From: Candidatus Bathyarchaeota archaeon
GTDB taxonomy: Archaea > Thermoproteota > Bathyarchaeia > Bathyarchaeales > Bathycorpusculaceae
Length of the DNA: 64,000 nucleotides
Assembly (NCBI GenBank): GCA_963815095.1
Contig: CAWFFH010000004.1
Coordinates: 128,001 to 192,000 of the forward strand
Direction: 5' to 3'
The notes below the pieces were generated by a model, which saw only the letters and a program-made list of their open reading frames with translations, had not been told where the DNA came from and searched no databases. The translations under genes and the position numbers were made by a program. Positions 47,600 through 59,042 of this stretch are shown here, in pieces; positions within the stretch are counted from its first letter, which is position 1; each line of letters starts with the position of its first letter.

Positions 47600-48643
47600 T
47601 TAAAATGTTTCCTTGTTGGCGTGCCCGAGAATTTTTATTCCAGCCCACTGCAGCGCTGAATAGGATACGATAAGTCTAAACCACAGATTTACAACTCTTG
47701 CCAACAAAGTTACCGATAGCGCAAGTGACACGGGTATCAAAAGAGCATTAAACGAAACGGTCATAATCAATTCGGGAAACCCAAAAAACGTCACACCAAC
47801 AGTCTGCAGCGTTCCCGTTAACGTAAACACAATCAGCACTTTATCAATTGGAACAGAGTAACCCAACGCCAAGAAACAGATAGAAACAACCGAAACTTCA
47901 CAAATAAAACTGGAAACTGCAAAAAGAGCAGGTTTAACTAAAGCTTTCGGATGCTCGGTCAATTGCTTGATTCCTGTATGGAATTTACCGAGTTCCTCTT
48001 CACCTTTTAACAGGAAGTTTTGAGGGTTCCACCGTCTTCGAAAGAACATTATGATTTTTATTGCCCATTTAAGTAAAGTCTTCGTAGTTGCTGGTTTAAT
48101 ACTGACATAGTAAACGATGGCTAAAGCCAAAATAGAGAGGGCTAGAACAAATCCAATTAGTATCGTTACTGTAAATGGAAGCGAATAATTTGCAAGTACT
48201 AAACCCAGGCCAGTGCTCAATGCAACAATGGTTATTGTCATTGTGAAAATTTTTTGTCCAACAACGGAAGCACCTACTTTTCCCGCGTCGACTTTTGAAT
48301 CTTTAGTTAACAAATATGTTTTTGATATTTCCCCTGACCAGCCAAGTTGAGGAACAGTTGCTTCAAAAAATAGTCCAACCCATGTTAATAGCAAAGTTTT
48401 GCGTTTGCTTACTTTTAAGAATAAAGAGTTGAGTAATCCTTGCCAGACTAATGAAGAGAAAAGCGCAAACAGGGAGTACGTTACAAACGCCGCCGCATAT
48501 ATGGCAAGGTTGGTTTTTGAAAGAATACCGATGACTTGTGCTGGATTTATGTAAAGGTAAACGTAGAGTGCGAAGGTAACGAAACCCACAAGTAAAACTG
48601 CCCAAATGGGGTTGATGCGGAAGGGTTTTTTGGCTGGGTTCAT
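47600..48643 (-). CDS. Lysylphosphatidylglycerol-synthase-TM (UPF0104, flippase-like) membrane protein
   Basis: Multi-TM; P....SGE..K and C-terminal R....W pattern. Confidence 0.8.
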   Translation of the reverse strand: MNPAKKPFRINPIWAVLLVGFVTFALYVYLYINPAQVIGILSKTNLAIYAAAFVTYSLFALFSSLVWQGLLNSLFLKVSKRKTLLLTWVGLFFEATVPQLGWSGEISKTYLLTKDSKVDAGKVGASVVGQKIFTMTITIVALSTGLGLVLANYSLPFTVTILIGFVLALSILALAIVYYVSIKPATTKTLLKWAIKIIMFFRRRWNPQNFLLKGEEELGKFHTGIKQLTEHPKALVKPALFAVSSFICEVSVVSICFLALGYSVPIDKVLIVFTLTGTLQTVGVTFFGFPELIMTVSFNALLIPVSLALSVTLLARVVNLWFRLIVSYSALQWAGIKILGHANKETF

Positions 48644-49367
48644 TTAGGATTCAAGTCTTCTGTAATTGTCGATGGCTTAACTTTTAAGGATTTTATCAAA
48701 CTGTTTAGTGCGCTACCTTTGTATTGGGGTGTTTTTCTTTTTCTGTACCTAAAAGCAACCAGAACTATTGTCACTATTACAACCACCGCTAAAACGGCAA
48801 CTAAAATCAAGCTTGCAACATTTAAGCCCTCTGAAGACTGCCACATGTTAGTATCTACAACAATAGTGTGCATCGTATAACTAGACTGTTGCGAATTTCC
48901 TTCGACGGGTACTCCAGTGGTTTGATCCCAAACGTAAGTATTCTGTCCTGTGGAGCCAATCAAAACCGTTCGTAAAGCTCCTGAATACGTGTGCAGTTCA
49001 GAACTGCTGATAGTTAAGTTTCCCAGATTTTGGTCGAGGAATATGTCGCCAGCATTAAGGTTGGCTGGAATGATATAGTCATCGATTAATTTTCCTGACC
49101 TTAAGTTTAAAGTAGAATTAAAGAGTTCGGTGGAGCCGTTTGGGTATCTTGAGTTTATGCTTACGGTGATGTTCGTGCCTTGTAAGTCTGTGACTTCCAT
49201 ATGTGTCTAGTTAATACCATGCCCCTAATTTGGCGAGCCTGTGTAAGTGACTGCATATTCTATCCAATCGCCCTTTTTAACGCCCACAGACAAATCCCCA
49301 ATGCGGCAGAGGCTAAACTTAAAACAAGAACGAATGCTATAGCTGCAATGACAAGCTTTCCGCGCAT
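48640..49367 (-). pseudogene. Secreted/surface protein pseudogene
   Basis: Signal peptide from ATG 49367; frameshift in G4 (49296-49299) before SVGVKKGDWIEY; in-frame TAGs at 49225-49227 and 49207-49209; C-terminal TM. Confidence 0.75.
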
Positions 49368-49457
49368 AATATTTGTTTTAAACGTTTATTGATATAAAAC
49401 TCACGGTTAACTCAGTCAAAAAGAAAAAATAACTTAGTAGCTTATTGGTAGAAGAGA

Positions 49458-49691
49458 TTACTCTTCCATCATTATCAACGTTAAAGTTGAGCGGACCCTG
49501 CTGAGTGCTCTTATCTTGCGTGTTACCATGTCTTTGAGTTTTTCCATTGATTCTGCTTTAACTTTAGCAATGATGTCGTAAACACCATATGAAAAGTAGG
49601 CTTCCTCTACGCCTTCAATCTTTTTGAGTTCCTTAACTAACTCTTCTTCTGCTCCTGATTCAACGTTTATCAATACAAAGGCTTGCGGCAT
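49458..49691 (-). CDS. Stand-alone Lrp/AsnC ligand-binding domain protein
   Basis: MPQAFVLINVESGAE...YGVYDII...VRSTLTLI. Confidence 0.9.
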   Translation of the reverse strand: MPQAFVLINVESGAEEELVKELKKIEGVEEAYFSYGVYDIIAKVKAESMEKLKDMVTRKIRALSRVRSTLTLIMMEE

Positions 49692-50127
49692 TGTGAGTCT
49701 CCAAGTAGTAATAAGAGCCTCTTAGTAATTAATATTTTATGCAGTAAAGTGCATACTTTCTAATCTACCAAAAATTTCATGAACATAATGCTCTATAAAA
49801 GATATTTGAGGAAACTTGACACTTTGGTTATTGCGCAAAATGTAGTCCCTCGAACCTCATAACACCCTGAATTGGATTCTGATTGGGATATTTGGATTTT
49901 TTGGTTTACAGCGTTCTGGAACTATCTGGCCATTGTGTTAAACCTCATCGACGTATGGATTCTGTTATTAGGATTAAGACACAACCACAAATACAAATAA
50001 ACGCATCACCCTAACCTATTCACCTATCCAGAAATCAACATGACTGATTGCACGTTTTTACAGATGGGCACACAAAAGAGTTATATTAATTCGCCATGAA
50101 AAGAGTAAGTTATTGCGGGGGAAAAGC

Positions 50128-51756
50128 ATGGTTAAGTACATCTTCGTAACAGGCGGCGTATTGAGTTCAGTAGGTAAAGGAATATTAACTTCTTCTATCG
50201 GCAAAATGCTTCAAGCAAGAGGACTAAAACCTACCGTAGTAAAAATCGACCCATACGTAAACATCGACGCGGGAACAATGAACCCATACATGCACGGCGA
50301 AGTTTTCGTCACCGATGACGGTGGCGAAACCGACTTGGACCTCGGCTGGTACGAACGCTTCTTGGATTTAAGCCTAAAACAAGAAAACAACTTAACCACT
50401 GGAACAATCTACCGCTCCGTAATCGAAAAAGAACGCCACGGCGACTTCCTCGGTCGTTGTGTCCAAATAGTTCCTCATGTAACTAATGAAATAAAAAACC
50501 GCATCCGAAACGCTGGAAAGATGGTAAATGCTGAAATTGTTTTAACAGAGGTCGGTGGCACTGTAGGTGACATCGAAGGTTTGCCGTTTCTAGAAGCCAT
50601 CCGTCAGATGCGGGTGGAAGAGGGGTATGAAAATACGCTTTATGTTCACGTGGCTTTGGTGCCAATTTTGGATGTAACAGGCGAAATGAAGACCAAACCC
50701 CTACAGCACAGCGTAAACGAACTAAGACGCATTGGTATTCAACCCGACACCATCGTCGCGCGAAGTCCACAAATGATTGATGCTGAAGCATTAAGGAAAA
50801 TCGCGTTATTTGGCACTATTCCTGAGAGCGCAGTTTTCTGCTCCTATAACGCTGAAACAGTCTATCAGGTCCCACTTATTTTGGACAAGCAAGGCATGGG
50901 AGACTTTATCTGTCAACGTTTAGGCCTAAAATGTGACGGCAAGGACTTCAGTTCTTGGCAAATCTTCGTTGACGGTATGGTTAATCCAGAACATGAAGTA
51001 AAAATTGCGTTGGTTGGCAAGTATGCTGGATTATCAGATAGTTACGTTAGCATGACTGAAGCGCTCCGTCATGGTGGGGCAGCATGCAAAACCAAAGTCT
51101 GCATCTCGTATTTGGAAGCAGAGAAATTCGAGCGTGAACCTGAGTGCATCAAAGAGTTAGCAAACTTTGACGGTGTTTTTGTTCCATACGGATTTGGGCC
51201 CCGAGGTACAGAAGGCAAAATAGCTGCAGCCAGATTTGCACGCGAAAATGACATTCCGTTCTTGGGAATTTGTTATGGTTTCCAGTTAGCAGTTATTGAG
51301 TTTGCCCGCAATGTTTGTGGTTTAACGGATGCTAACAGCACCGAAATCAATCCTGACACACCTTACCCTGTCATTGACCTTATGCCTGAACAACGCGGAA
51401 TCGAAATCAAAGGTGCAACCATGAGATTGGGCGCCCATAAAGTGGTTCTGCAAAAGGGCACGTTAGCTTTTAGCATGTTTGGGCAAGAAGAAATCCATGA
51501 ACGCCACCGCCACCGATTCGAAGTAAACCTTGACTACATTGATGCATTAAAGAACAATGGGTTATGCTTTACTGGCAAGAGCAGCGATGGCAGAAGAATG
51601 GAAGCCTTAGAGTTGTCTGACAAATACTTCTATTTTGCCAGCCAGTTCCACGGCGAATTCAAGAGTCGACCAGGACGACCCTCGCCTGAGTATGCGGGTT
51701 TTATTCAAGCTTGTATAAACCGCAAGTTGGGTAAGCCCAAAGCGCCCATTTCTTAG
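50128..51756 (+). CDS. pyrG: CTP synthase
   Basis: KYIFVTGGV.SSVGKG, KTKP.QHSV, GICYG, ERHRHR, QFHGE. Confidence 0.97.
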   Translation: MVKYIFVTGGVLSSVGKGILTSSIGKMLQARGLKPTVVKIDPYVNIDAGTMNPYMHGEVFVTDDGGETDLDLGWYERFLDLSLKQENNLTTGTIYRSVIEKERHGDFLGRCVQIVPHVTNEIKNRIRNAGKMVNAEIVLTEVGGTVGDIEGLPFLEAIRQMRVEEGYENTLYVHVALVPILDVTGEMKTKPLQHSVNELRRIGIQPDTIVARSPQMIDAEALRKIALFGTIPESAVFCSYNAETVYQVPLILDKQGMGDFICQRLGLKCDGKDFSSWQIFVDGMVNPEHEVKIALVGKYAGLSDSYVSMTEALRHGGAACKTKVCISYLEAEKFEREPECIKELANFDGVFVPYGFGPRGTEGKIAAARFARENDIPFLGICYGFQLAVIEFARNVCGLTDANSTEINPDTPYPVIDLMPEQRGIEIKGATMRLGAHKVVLQKGTLAFSMFGQEEIHERHRHRFEVNLDYIDALKNNGLCFTGKSSDGRRMEALELSDKYFYFASQFHGEFKSRPGRPSPEYAGFIQACINRKLGKPKAPIS

Positions 51757-51871
51757 CCTCTTTTTAGGTAAACGGCGTTTATTCAGTGCATTGAAATATA
51801 GTTTGTTATGCTGTCTACCTGGTTCTGGCCTAATCACTCAGAATCAGCGCTGCACCCTAAAGCTGAATAAT

Positions 51872-51911
51872 AGAAGTAGTCGTCGCTAAGGGCTATAGGA
51901 CGACTACTTCT
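51872..51911. repeat. Perfect 13-bp inverted repeat (hairpin)
   Basis: AGAAGTAGTCGTC-14 nt-GACGACTACTTCT. Confidence 0.8.
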
Positions 51912-52396
51912 TTCTTTGAACAGTTTCATATTCGTACACTTCAACTAAACTGGCCAAGTTTAAGGTCCAATCTACAAGACCGGTCTTCCTCGACCCATCC
52001 AAGAATGTTTAAGTAAAGAGACATCCCTAACCCGCAAATAATGAAGTCTTCAAAATTCACAGCCAAACACCTCAACGCCCAAAACTAGCTCCAAACTGTT
52101 TCTTCAAGCTCTGCTGAGTAAAAAGTTAGCATGTGTAAAACCGCAGTGCAGGAAAAGATGGTGAGTCGTCTTCCAGCTTCAACGATGTCGAGGCTAGCGT
52201 AGAGGTTGTTTTGTGCTGATTGATGCTGGAGGTGTTGGTTTAGTATGTTGGCAGTGAACTTGAAGGCTTTGCTGGATATTCGTCGTTCTTTTGATTACGC
52301 TTTGCTGTTTTAACCCTTAAGGTACATTTCCATTCTACTTTATTAGAAAAGGCTATAATGCGCCGTTGACACTTCTGCTTAAAGGATCGATTAAAA

Positions 52397-52687
52397 ATGG
52401 AACCTACTGGAAAAAGAGATTCGATTGCTTATAGCAAAAAGATGGTTGAAAGCAAGGATGAACTTACCGTATTACAAGAAGAACTCAACAATGTGATGGT
52501 TCGATTTGTTCTGCGTGCGCTGCGTATCTATCAGTCAACAAGACCTGAGCCATTGCGGGTCAATGAAATTGCATTGCTAGTCCGAAATGAAATCAAAAAT
52601 GTTTTGCAAGATTTAAATGATCAAACGAACACTGACAACATTGCTAAACTGGCCAAAGAAGCTTGGGCAAAAGAAGCTAAACATTAA
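52397..52687 (+). CDS. Hypothetical helical protein
   Basis: AAGGA SD; T-rich terminator after the stop. Confidence 0.7.
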   Translation: MEPTGKRDSIAYSKKMVESKDELTVLQEELNNVMVRFVLRALRIYQSTRPEPLRVNEIALLVRNEIKNVLQDLNDQTNTDNIAKLAKEAWAKEAKH

Positions 52688-52791
52688 TTTTTCTTTCTTT
52701 TTCTTGTTTATTTCTATATAGAAGAGTCTGTTTTTGGTTTAGGCTTTTTGGAAAAATGGTTGGTAAATAAGAAACTAAAGTTGGGAAGAAA

Positions 52792-53214
52792 TTATTTTCG
52801 GCGGCAGAATTCTTCCATTATCGACATCAATTTTGGAACCGCGTAGACTATAGCTCTATCATCGAGCAAGCCAACGAGTGCTCCAGCTTTGTCGACAACT
52901 GGTAAGTGCTTTATATTCCAGTGTTTCATGAGTTTAGCTGCTTCTTCAACAGTAGCGTTTTCATCAATGACTACGAGTGGGTTTGTGTAGACCATTCTTG
53001 CAATGACTGTTTTGAGTGGAACGTTTGCTTCTACTGCTCTGATCAGAACGTCTTTGACTGTGATGATGCCTGTTGGTTTGCCGCTTTGGACTACGAGGAT
53101 TGCGTCTTTGTCGAATTTGTTCATTATTGCAACTACTTCTTGCATAACAGTGTTGTTGTTTACGACTTTAACGTCTTTTTGCATGATGTCTTTTACGACG
53201 ACATTACTTGCCAT
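52792..53214 (-). CDS. CBS-domain pair protein
   Basis: VKDIM, GIIT.KD, HLPVVD. Confidence 0.9.
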   Translation of the reverse strand: MASNVVVKDIMQKDVKVVNNNTVMQEVVAIMNKFDKDAILVVQSGKPTGIITVKDVLIRAVEANVPLKTVIARMVYTNPLVVIDENATVEEAAKLMKHWNIKHLPVVDKAGALVGLLDDRAIVYAVPKLMSIMEEFCRRK

Positions 53215-53340
53215 GTTTAATTTTCACCTATAACGCTATGACAAAAGCGTTAGTCATTTATCAATTTTACGTTTATTTCCCGCTTTAGTGTAACGCTTAA
53301 AGGCTTGATTACTTAATTTTATTTTTGGAGACAACTGCTT

Positions 53341-53847
53341 TTGAGCATTAACTCTAAAGGCACCGAACGGTATTGCGCCAGCTTGGATAAAGCTAAAAAC
53401 TACGCTGAGGTCTGGAAAATCGTCAAGGAAACTGCAGAATATGCTTTAGGTAAACGCCGAGATAGTATGATGCTTTTTTTGGATGATTTGCCTCTTCAGT
53501 TGGGCGCTTATTACCCTGTTGGAACCAACAATATTGTCCTTAACCGCGCTTTGGTGGAGATCGTTGAGGCGTCGATGAGTGATAAACCTACAGTAAATGC
53601 TTTAATTTACAATCTTTTGCTGCATGAGTACCTGCATGCACTCGGCGATCTTACAGAGACTGGTGTTAGACGCGAAGTCGTTGAGGTAGCAAAGAAAAGC
53701 TTTGGCGAAGAGTACATTGCTACGGTTGTTGCGTGTAAGTCGCCTTGGGTTTTGCTTAAAGATATCCCGCTTGGACCGTACAATGCCCCTAAGCGTGTAA
53801 TGGAGATTGTTCGGGATTTTGAGAGAACAGGCAAATATATAGTCTAA
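53341..53847 (+). CDS. HExxH metallopeptidase-like protein
   Basis: LGAYY...I.LNR...LLHEYLHALG. Confidence 0.75.
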   Translation: MSINSKGTERYCASLDKAKNYAEVWKIVKETAEYALGKRRDSMMLFLDDLPLQLGAYYPVGTNNIVLNRALVEIVEASMSDKPTVNALIYNLLLHEYLHALGDLTETGVRREVVEVAKKSFGEEYIATVVACKSPWVLLKDIPLGPYNAPKRVMEIVRDFERTGKYIV

Positions 53848-54025
53848 ATAATAAAAAACCTTAATGTGCAGCTTAAAAGACGATTTTTCTTATCACAATT
53901 TTGTAAGTTGCACCACAAATTTTGTTTTTTGACTTCTTGGTTTTTTATCGTCTTCTTTCTAAGCCCTCATAGATTCAAAGCTTAAATGGAACAACCTCGT
54001 TTCTCTTCCAAAAGAGGTAAAGTTT

Positions 54026-54928
54026 GTGGTTAACGAAAGAATTCAAGATGGCGATTACGTCCTAATCTATTTGGATGCACGCCGAACTTACATGATAAAG
54101 ATGCAGGCAGGACAAACCTTTCACACACACAAAGGATACCTCAAACTTGACGAGCTCATCGGTAAAGAATACGGTGAACCAATCAAAAGCAGCATGGGTA
54201 TCTACTTTACTACTCTAAAACCCAGCTTAACTGATTATATTATGAAGTCTAGCCGTAACACACAGATTATTTACCCCAAAGACGCTGCTCTAATTATTAT
54301 GTTCAGCGGCATTGGACCTGGAAGCCGTGTGGTAGAATCTGGCACCGGAACAGGCTCATTAACTACGGCATTGGCGCATTATGTTGGTCCAACGGGTAAA
54401 GTTTACACTTACGAGTTGCGTTCTGAATTCCAGAAAAATGCCAAGAAAAATCTTGAGCGTTCAAAACTAATTAACCATGTTGAAATGAAAAGCGGTGATG
54501 TCACTTTGGGTTACGAAGAGCGGGATGTGGATGCGGTGATTTTGGATTTGGCGGTTCCATGGCTTGTGGTTCCGCATGCTTACACTGCTCTAAAACCTTC
54601 AGGAGTCTTAGTTTCGTTCAGTCCAACCATAGACCAAGTTGTAAAAACCACTGAAGCCCTAAGAGAAAACGGATTTGTCTTTATCGAAACCATCGAGTGT
54701 TTGATGCGTACCATGCAGGTGGAGCGTGGAAAAACCCGACCTAACACAATGATGACAGGGCACTCTGGGTACATTACTCACGCAAGAAAAATCCTCAAAC
54801 TTCCAACACAAGAAACCACGCAGGTACAGGCGCTTTCCCAAGAAGCAATGCCCGAAGTAACTGTAGAAGAATCCACTGTTGAAGAAATGGATAATAGTGA
54901 AGAATTAGCAGAAGAAGAAAATGCCTAG
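54026..54928 (+). CDS. trmI: tRNA (adenine-N1)-methyltransferase
   Basis: TQIIYPKD, ESGTGTGSLT, LDL..PW, QV, GHSGY; acidic tail. Confidence 0.92.
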   Translation: MVNERIQDGDYVLIYLDARRTYMIKMQAGQTFHTHKGYLKLDELIGKEYGEPIKSSMGIYFTTLKPSLTDYIMKSSRNTQIIYPKDAALIIMFSGIGPGSRVVESGTGTGSLTTALAHYVGPTGKVYTYELRSEFQKNAKKNLERSKLINHVEMKSGDVTLGYEERDVDAVILDLAVPWLVVPHAYTALKPSGVLVSFSPTIDQVVKTTEALRENGFVFIETIECLMRTMQVERGKTRPNTMMTGHSGYITHARKILKLPTQETTQVQALSQEAMPEVTVEESTVEEMDNSEELAEEENA

Positions 54929-56547
54929 GTCTTCTCTTTCATTTTGCGTTTTGTCGACTCAGGCATTGGCATACTAAGCTGCCAAACAGCCTGTTTTAAT
55001 TGTTCGCTTTTTATGCCGCGGGTTAAGCCATAGTATGTGCCTAAGATTTTACCAAAGTAAGGAATGATAAAGTTGTCGAATGTCTTGTAGAGCAATGGGT
55101 TGGGTATTCGGTTTTCGAGGAAGGTTGGTTTCCAAATTTTTATGTTATATTCCCAGCATTTGATAAAGAAGTCCCAACGCGCTTTGGAGAGTGAATCCAT
55201 TTCTGCGCCTTTCTTGTTCATTAAAACGCAGTTTTCAAGAGGCACGAAGAAGAGTGGCACATAGAAAGCGTTGAAGTCTTTAAGTTTATCCATCAACTCC
55301 AGCGTCTGCAACATGTCTTCTTCTTTTTCGTCAGGCAAACCGATGATTAAGGTTGCAAGTGGGTACCAATCATTATCGTTTAAGATGCCGAAAGCGTTAG
55401 TTACTACGTCTTGCCATTCTTCAGGCTTAAACGGCAACATTTTACCCGCCATATACTTCTTCATGAGACGTGGACTGCCCGTTTCGACGCCTGTTTCCGC
55501 GGTAATAATCGGCTTTTTACCGAAAGAATACCAGCTTTTCTCAATGAGGATTTCCGCAAGTTGCTTAATCATCAAAGGATCATGCCAAACAGGAGCCAAC
55601 GACATATGTGAAGCTTGAATGCTCTTAACACCGGGGTAATCTGCGACACTTTTGACCAATTTGACGACTGCTTCACGGTTGGGAATGAATGTTTTGTTTG
55701 TTGCTCCATAAATAAAAAGATCCTCAGTGATTAGGGTTATATGGTCGCTGCCTTGAGCCGTGCTGAGAGCAACTTCCCGCATGACTTTTTCAATTGGCAC
55801 ATCAACTTTGTTCTGCATTGTAGGAGTGCAGAATTGGCAGTTTCTGCCACAGCCCTTTGAGATTTCCACGGCACCGTGAATAGCTACATGATTGGTTATG
55901 GGCATTTCCTGGTTGTAATTCCAGTTGTTTAGGGATTCATCCGCTTTTGCGATGCGGGGAATGGGGTCGTCGTTTAATGCTTTCTTGAAAAGCTCTACGA
56001 TTGGCCCAGGTCTACCACCGATTAAGACGCAATCAATGCCATATTGGTCGGAAACATGATTGCGTTCCAGTTGCCATGAACCGAAGCCACCAACGATGAT
56101 TTTTGGTTTGTACTTTTTGATGCTAGGGTGCATGACAAGTTTGCGGAATTCTATAGCATTCATAGGTTCTCCTCCACCAACAATGGACGAGTACGTTTTG
56201 CTGACGTATCCCATGCCCGTAGGGTCCATGGAGGATATGCCGACCACCTTGGTTTCTGGACCGATGAAGTTTTGTAAGTCGTCAGGGTGCACAACTGAGA
56301 TGTCCTTCGGTGAAAAACCGTTTTGTAATAGTATCGACTCTACTTTTCGCAGTCCGTATGGTGCAAATTTTGCTTGTCCATCAGGTTTGCGGGCTGTTGC
56401 CGGATACAACGTTTTTCTAACGTATGAAAGTGGGATGGGACCTTTACCAAAGCCTCCCACAAATGCTATGAAGGGATTATTATAAAAATCGCTCATTTCA
56501 GTAGCTGATGCAGTGAGAACGATTTTTTTCCCCAATACTGTTGCCAA
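54925..56547 (-). CDS. Radical SAM protein with B12-binding-like N-terminal domain
   Basis: EISKGCGRNCQFC, APYGLRK, GVETGS. Confidence 0.88.
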   Translation of the reverse strand: MATVLGKKIVLTASATEMSDFYNNPFIAFVGGFGKGPIPLSYVRKTLYPATARKPDGQAKFAPYGLRKVESILLQNGFSPKDISVVHPDDLQNFIGPETKVVGISSMDPTGMGYVSKTYSSIVGGGEPMNAIEFRKLVMHPSIKKYKPKIIVGGFGSWQLERNHVSDQYGIDCVLIGGRPGPIVELFKKALNDDPIPRIAKADESLNNWNYNQEMPITNHVAIHGAVEISKGCGRNCQFCTPTMQNKVDVPIEKVMREVALSTAQGSDHITLITEDLFIYGATNKTFIPNREAVVKLVKSVADYPGVKSIQASHMSLAPVWHDPLMIKQLAEILIEKSWYSFGKKPIITAETGVETGSPRLMKKYMAGKMLPFKPEEWQDVVTNAFGILNDNDWYPLATLIIGLPDEKEEDMLQTLELMDKLKDFNAFYVPLFFVPLENCVLMNKKGAEMDSLSKARWDFFIKCWEYNIKIWKPTFLENRIPNPLLYKTFDNFIIPYFGKILGTYYGLTRGIKSEQLKQAVWQLSMPMPESTKRKMKEKT

Positions 56548-56930
56548 GCCTCTCTAATCCTCACGAATAGACTTAATGATTGTCCATACTCCTTTTAAGA
56601 ATTACTATCGTTCGTATGGTGATGATAAAGAGAAATAGCAAATCTGCCCATACTTGATCGATGAGCAAACGATTGTCTAACTTAAAAATTATTTATCTTA
56701 CGTAAAAATATGTAAAATTTGGTCACTCAAGAAAAAATAAAAAAGTTTGATACTTCTTTTTGTTACCACAAGTCCTTTTATTAAATCAAGCGTTCCCCAT
56801 ATAGTAATCTCAATTTATTGAGGCTTATTTATGAAGAAACTAATACTCTATTTTAACAAAAATATTGGTATTTCAGCGGAATTGCAATCAAATTCTTTCG
56901 TGTTTGTTTTAGACGGGCGGTTGATATAGA

Positions 56931-59042
56931 GTGCTAAAGAACAGAATAGGCGTAAACATCTTAATCACTATACTTATCGTCGGGATAATACCGGGAATTT
57001 CAATCAATGCGTTTCCTATTTCCTTAAACGATGAGTCTTCTCTTGTCAACGCTGCGACCAATGTTCCAGTTCCAGGCGCTTCAGTGTCAGCTTCGGGCAC
57101 TTCGGGTAACATCGGAAACGGTTTTGCTGTAGCAGATGCTCAAGGTCAATACACTATAACTAGCTTCCTTGAAACTGGAAATTATTCAGTGACGGCATCC
57201 GCACCGGGTTTCATCGACCAACAAGTGAACAACGTAGCTGTAAATGCTGCTGCTCAAACCTCAAATGTGAACATAATCATGAACGTTTCAGGTGGGATCT
57301 CTGGAAAAGTAACTGACGCAGTATCTGGTTTGCCTGTTTATTTGGCAGTAGTCAGTGTCGAAAGTGCGGATGGCTCAAGTAATGGGGCTACGATCACAGA
57401 TGCAAACGGCAACTATCAAATTATTCAAAACCTTCAAACAGGAACATACAATGCAACCGCAGAATACTTTTCGGGTACAGCAGGATACTTATCTCAAACA
57501 CAAACAAGCATTTCCATCACAGCCGGTTTAATGACAAGCAACAAGAACTTCGCCCTTATGCATTCGGGCATGATCACAGGAACGGTAATAGATGCTAATA
57601 CTCATGCTCCTCTACAAGGCATAGTTGTCGTAGGAGAAAGTGTCAATGGCGCCTTTTCTGATTACGCAGTGACGAATTCTTCTGGACAATACACCTTGAA
57701 AAACAACTTGCCTACATCTACTTATAACGTAACAGAGTTGCTTCCTAAAGGTTATATAGTAAACACAATTTCGGGAATAGCAGTCACAACTGGACAAACA
57801 ACCACCCAAAACATTGCACTTATCCCCTCGGGAGTCATTACTGGAAAGGTAACAAATATTGCGAATGGGCAACCTATTGCAGGAGTTTCAATCACTGTTA
57901 CTTCCGGCACCTTCTTTGGCTTTGCTTCTACAGACGCCTTCGGGAATTACAATGTTTCAACCGGGTTAGAAACTGGAACCTATACCGTGATAGCCGCTTT
58001 AGGATCTTCTTTCGTCACTAATCCCAGCGTAAGCGTCACTGAAGGACAGACAACATCTAACGTTAACTTTCAACTAACCGTTACTGTTACACCGTCAGGA
58101 ACTATAACTGGACGTGTTACCAGTTCAGGCACTCTAATTAGCGGTGCATATGTTATCGTGCAAGGAACAGGTGGCTCAAACTCAAATTATACCGACAGTA
58201 ATGGCAATTACATAATATCTTCTGGTCTGGGCAGTGGATCCTACACTGTTAATGTTACAGCAACGGGATATGTATCGCAACAGCAAACTGGAGTTTCGGC
58301 AACTCTTAATCAAATAACAGCTAACATCAACTTCGTACTGGCTAACGCGCCTTCAGGAATAATTTCTGGTCAAATCCTCTCTTCCCAAACCTCGCCTTTC
58401 CCAACTCCTACGCCTCTCCCTACTGCGACTCCAACGCCATCTCCAACTTCAGTACCTACTCCGACTCCATCACCGTCACCCACTCCAACCCCGACTTCAG
58501 TACCAACAGCGGTACCTACGGCCGTGCCGACAGCTAACCCGACTACATCGCCCACTTCAGCTCCAACATCGACGAATAAACCTTCACCAACGCCTTCACC
58601 AACAACTATAGTTGCCACTACAGAAACAGGTACAAAGGTTAATCTTGAAATCAGCGGCAGCATAACGAGTTCCCAAATCTCTAACATCACAATCACAACA
58701 GGAACTAATGGAACAACAGTATCTTTAACCGCAACCGGACCAAGTGGCACAACAGGATTTAGCAACATGACCATTCCAAAAAGCGCAATCGAACAAGGAA
58801 CAACACCAAAAATCTACATTGATAATAAAATTGCACCAAACCAAGGATACACACAAGACACTAACAACTATTACGTCTGGTACACAACCCAATTCACCAC
58901 ACACCAAATTTCAATAATATTCCCAACATCTCCGATTCCAGAATTTCCATCAACAATAATTTTGTCGCTGCTAGTCGCATTAGTAGTCGTGACTTTAACT
59001 CTAACGTTGCTGAGAAAACGAGGAACAACAATAAGCAATTAA
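56931..59042 (+). CDS. Cell-surface protein with tandem carboxypeptidase-regulatory-like beta domains, Pro/Thr linker and IPEF-TM tail
   Basis: Signal peptide; about 5 repeats of G.ITG.V...TD..G.Y...L.TG.Y.V.A; PT-rich linker; IPEF + TM + RKR. Confidence 0.88.
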   Translation: MLKNRIGVNILITILIVGIIPGISINAFPISLNDESSLVNAATNVPVPGASVSASGTSGNIGNGFAVADAQGQYTITSFLETGNYSVTASAPGFIDQQVNNVAVNAAAQTSNVNIIMNVSGGISGKVTDAVSGLPVYLAVVSVESADGSSNGATITDANGNYQIIQNLQTGTYNATAEYFSGTAGYLSQTQTSISITAGLMTSNKNFALMHSGMITGTVIDANTHAPLQGIVVVGESVNGAFSDYAVTNSSGQYTLKNNLPTSTYNVTELLPKGYIVNTISGIAVTTGQTTTQNIALIPSGVITGKVTNIANGQPIAGVSITVTSGTFFGFASTDAFGNYNVSTGLETGTYTVIAALGSSFVTNPSVSVTEGQTTSNVNFQLTVTVTPSGTITGRVTSSGTLISGAYVIVQGTGGSNSNYTDSNGNYIISSGLGSGSYTVNVTATGYVSQQQTGVSATLNQITANINFVLANAPSGIISGQILSSQTSPFPTPTPLPTATPTPSPTSVPTPTPSPSPTPTPTSVPTAVPTAVPTANPTTSPTSAPTSTNKPSPTPSPTTIVATTETGTKVNLEISGSITSSQISNITITTGTNGTTVSLTATGPSGTTGFSNMTIPKSAIEQGTTPKIYIDNKIAPNQGYTQDTNNYYVWYTTQFTTHQISIIFPTSPIPEFPSTIILSLLVALVVVTLTLTLLRKRGTTISN
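58395..58606 (+). repeat. Pro/Thr low-complexity coding repeat
   Basis: PTPTP/PTAV repeats with varied codons. Confidence 0.8.

Noticed and set aside
49207-49227. Pyrrolysine or amber read-through
   Set aside because: The same gene also has a frameshift, TAG ends many normal genes here, and no pyl genes are in the window.
58395-58606. CRISPR or tandem DNA repeat
   Set aside because: It is a Pro/Thr protein linker with variable codons. No repeat-spacer array was seen in the window.
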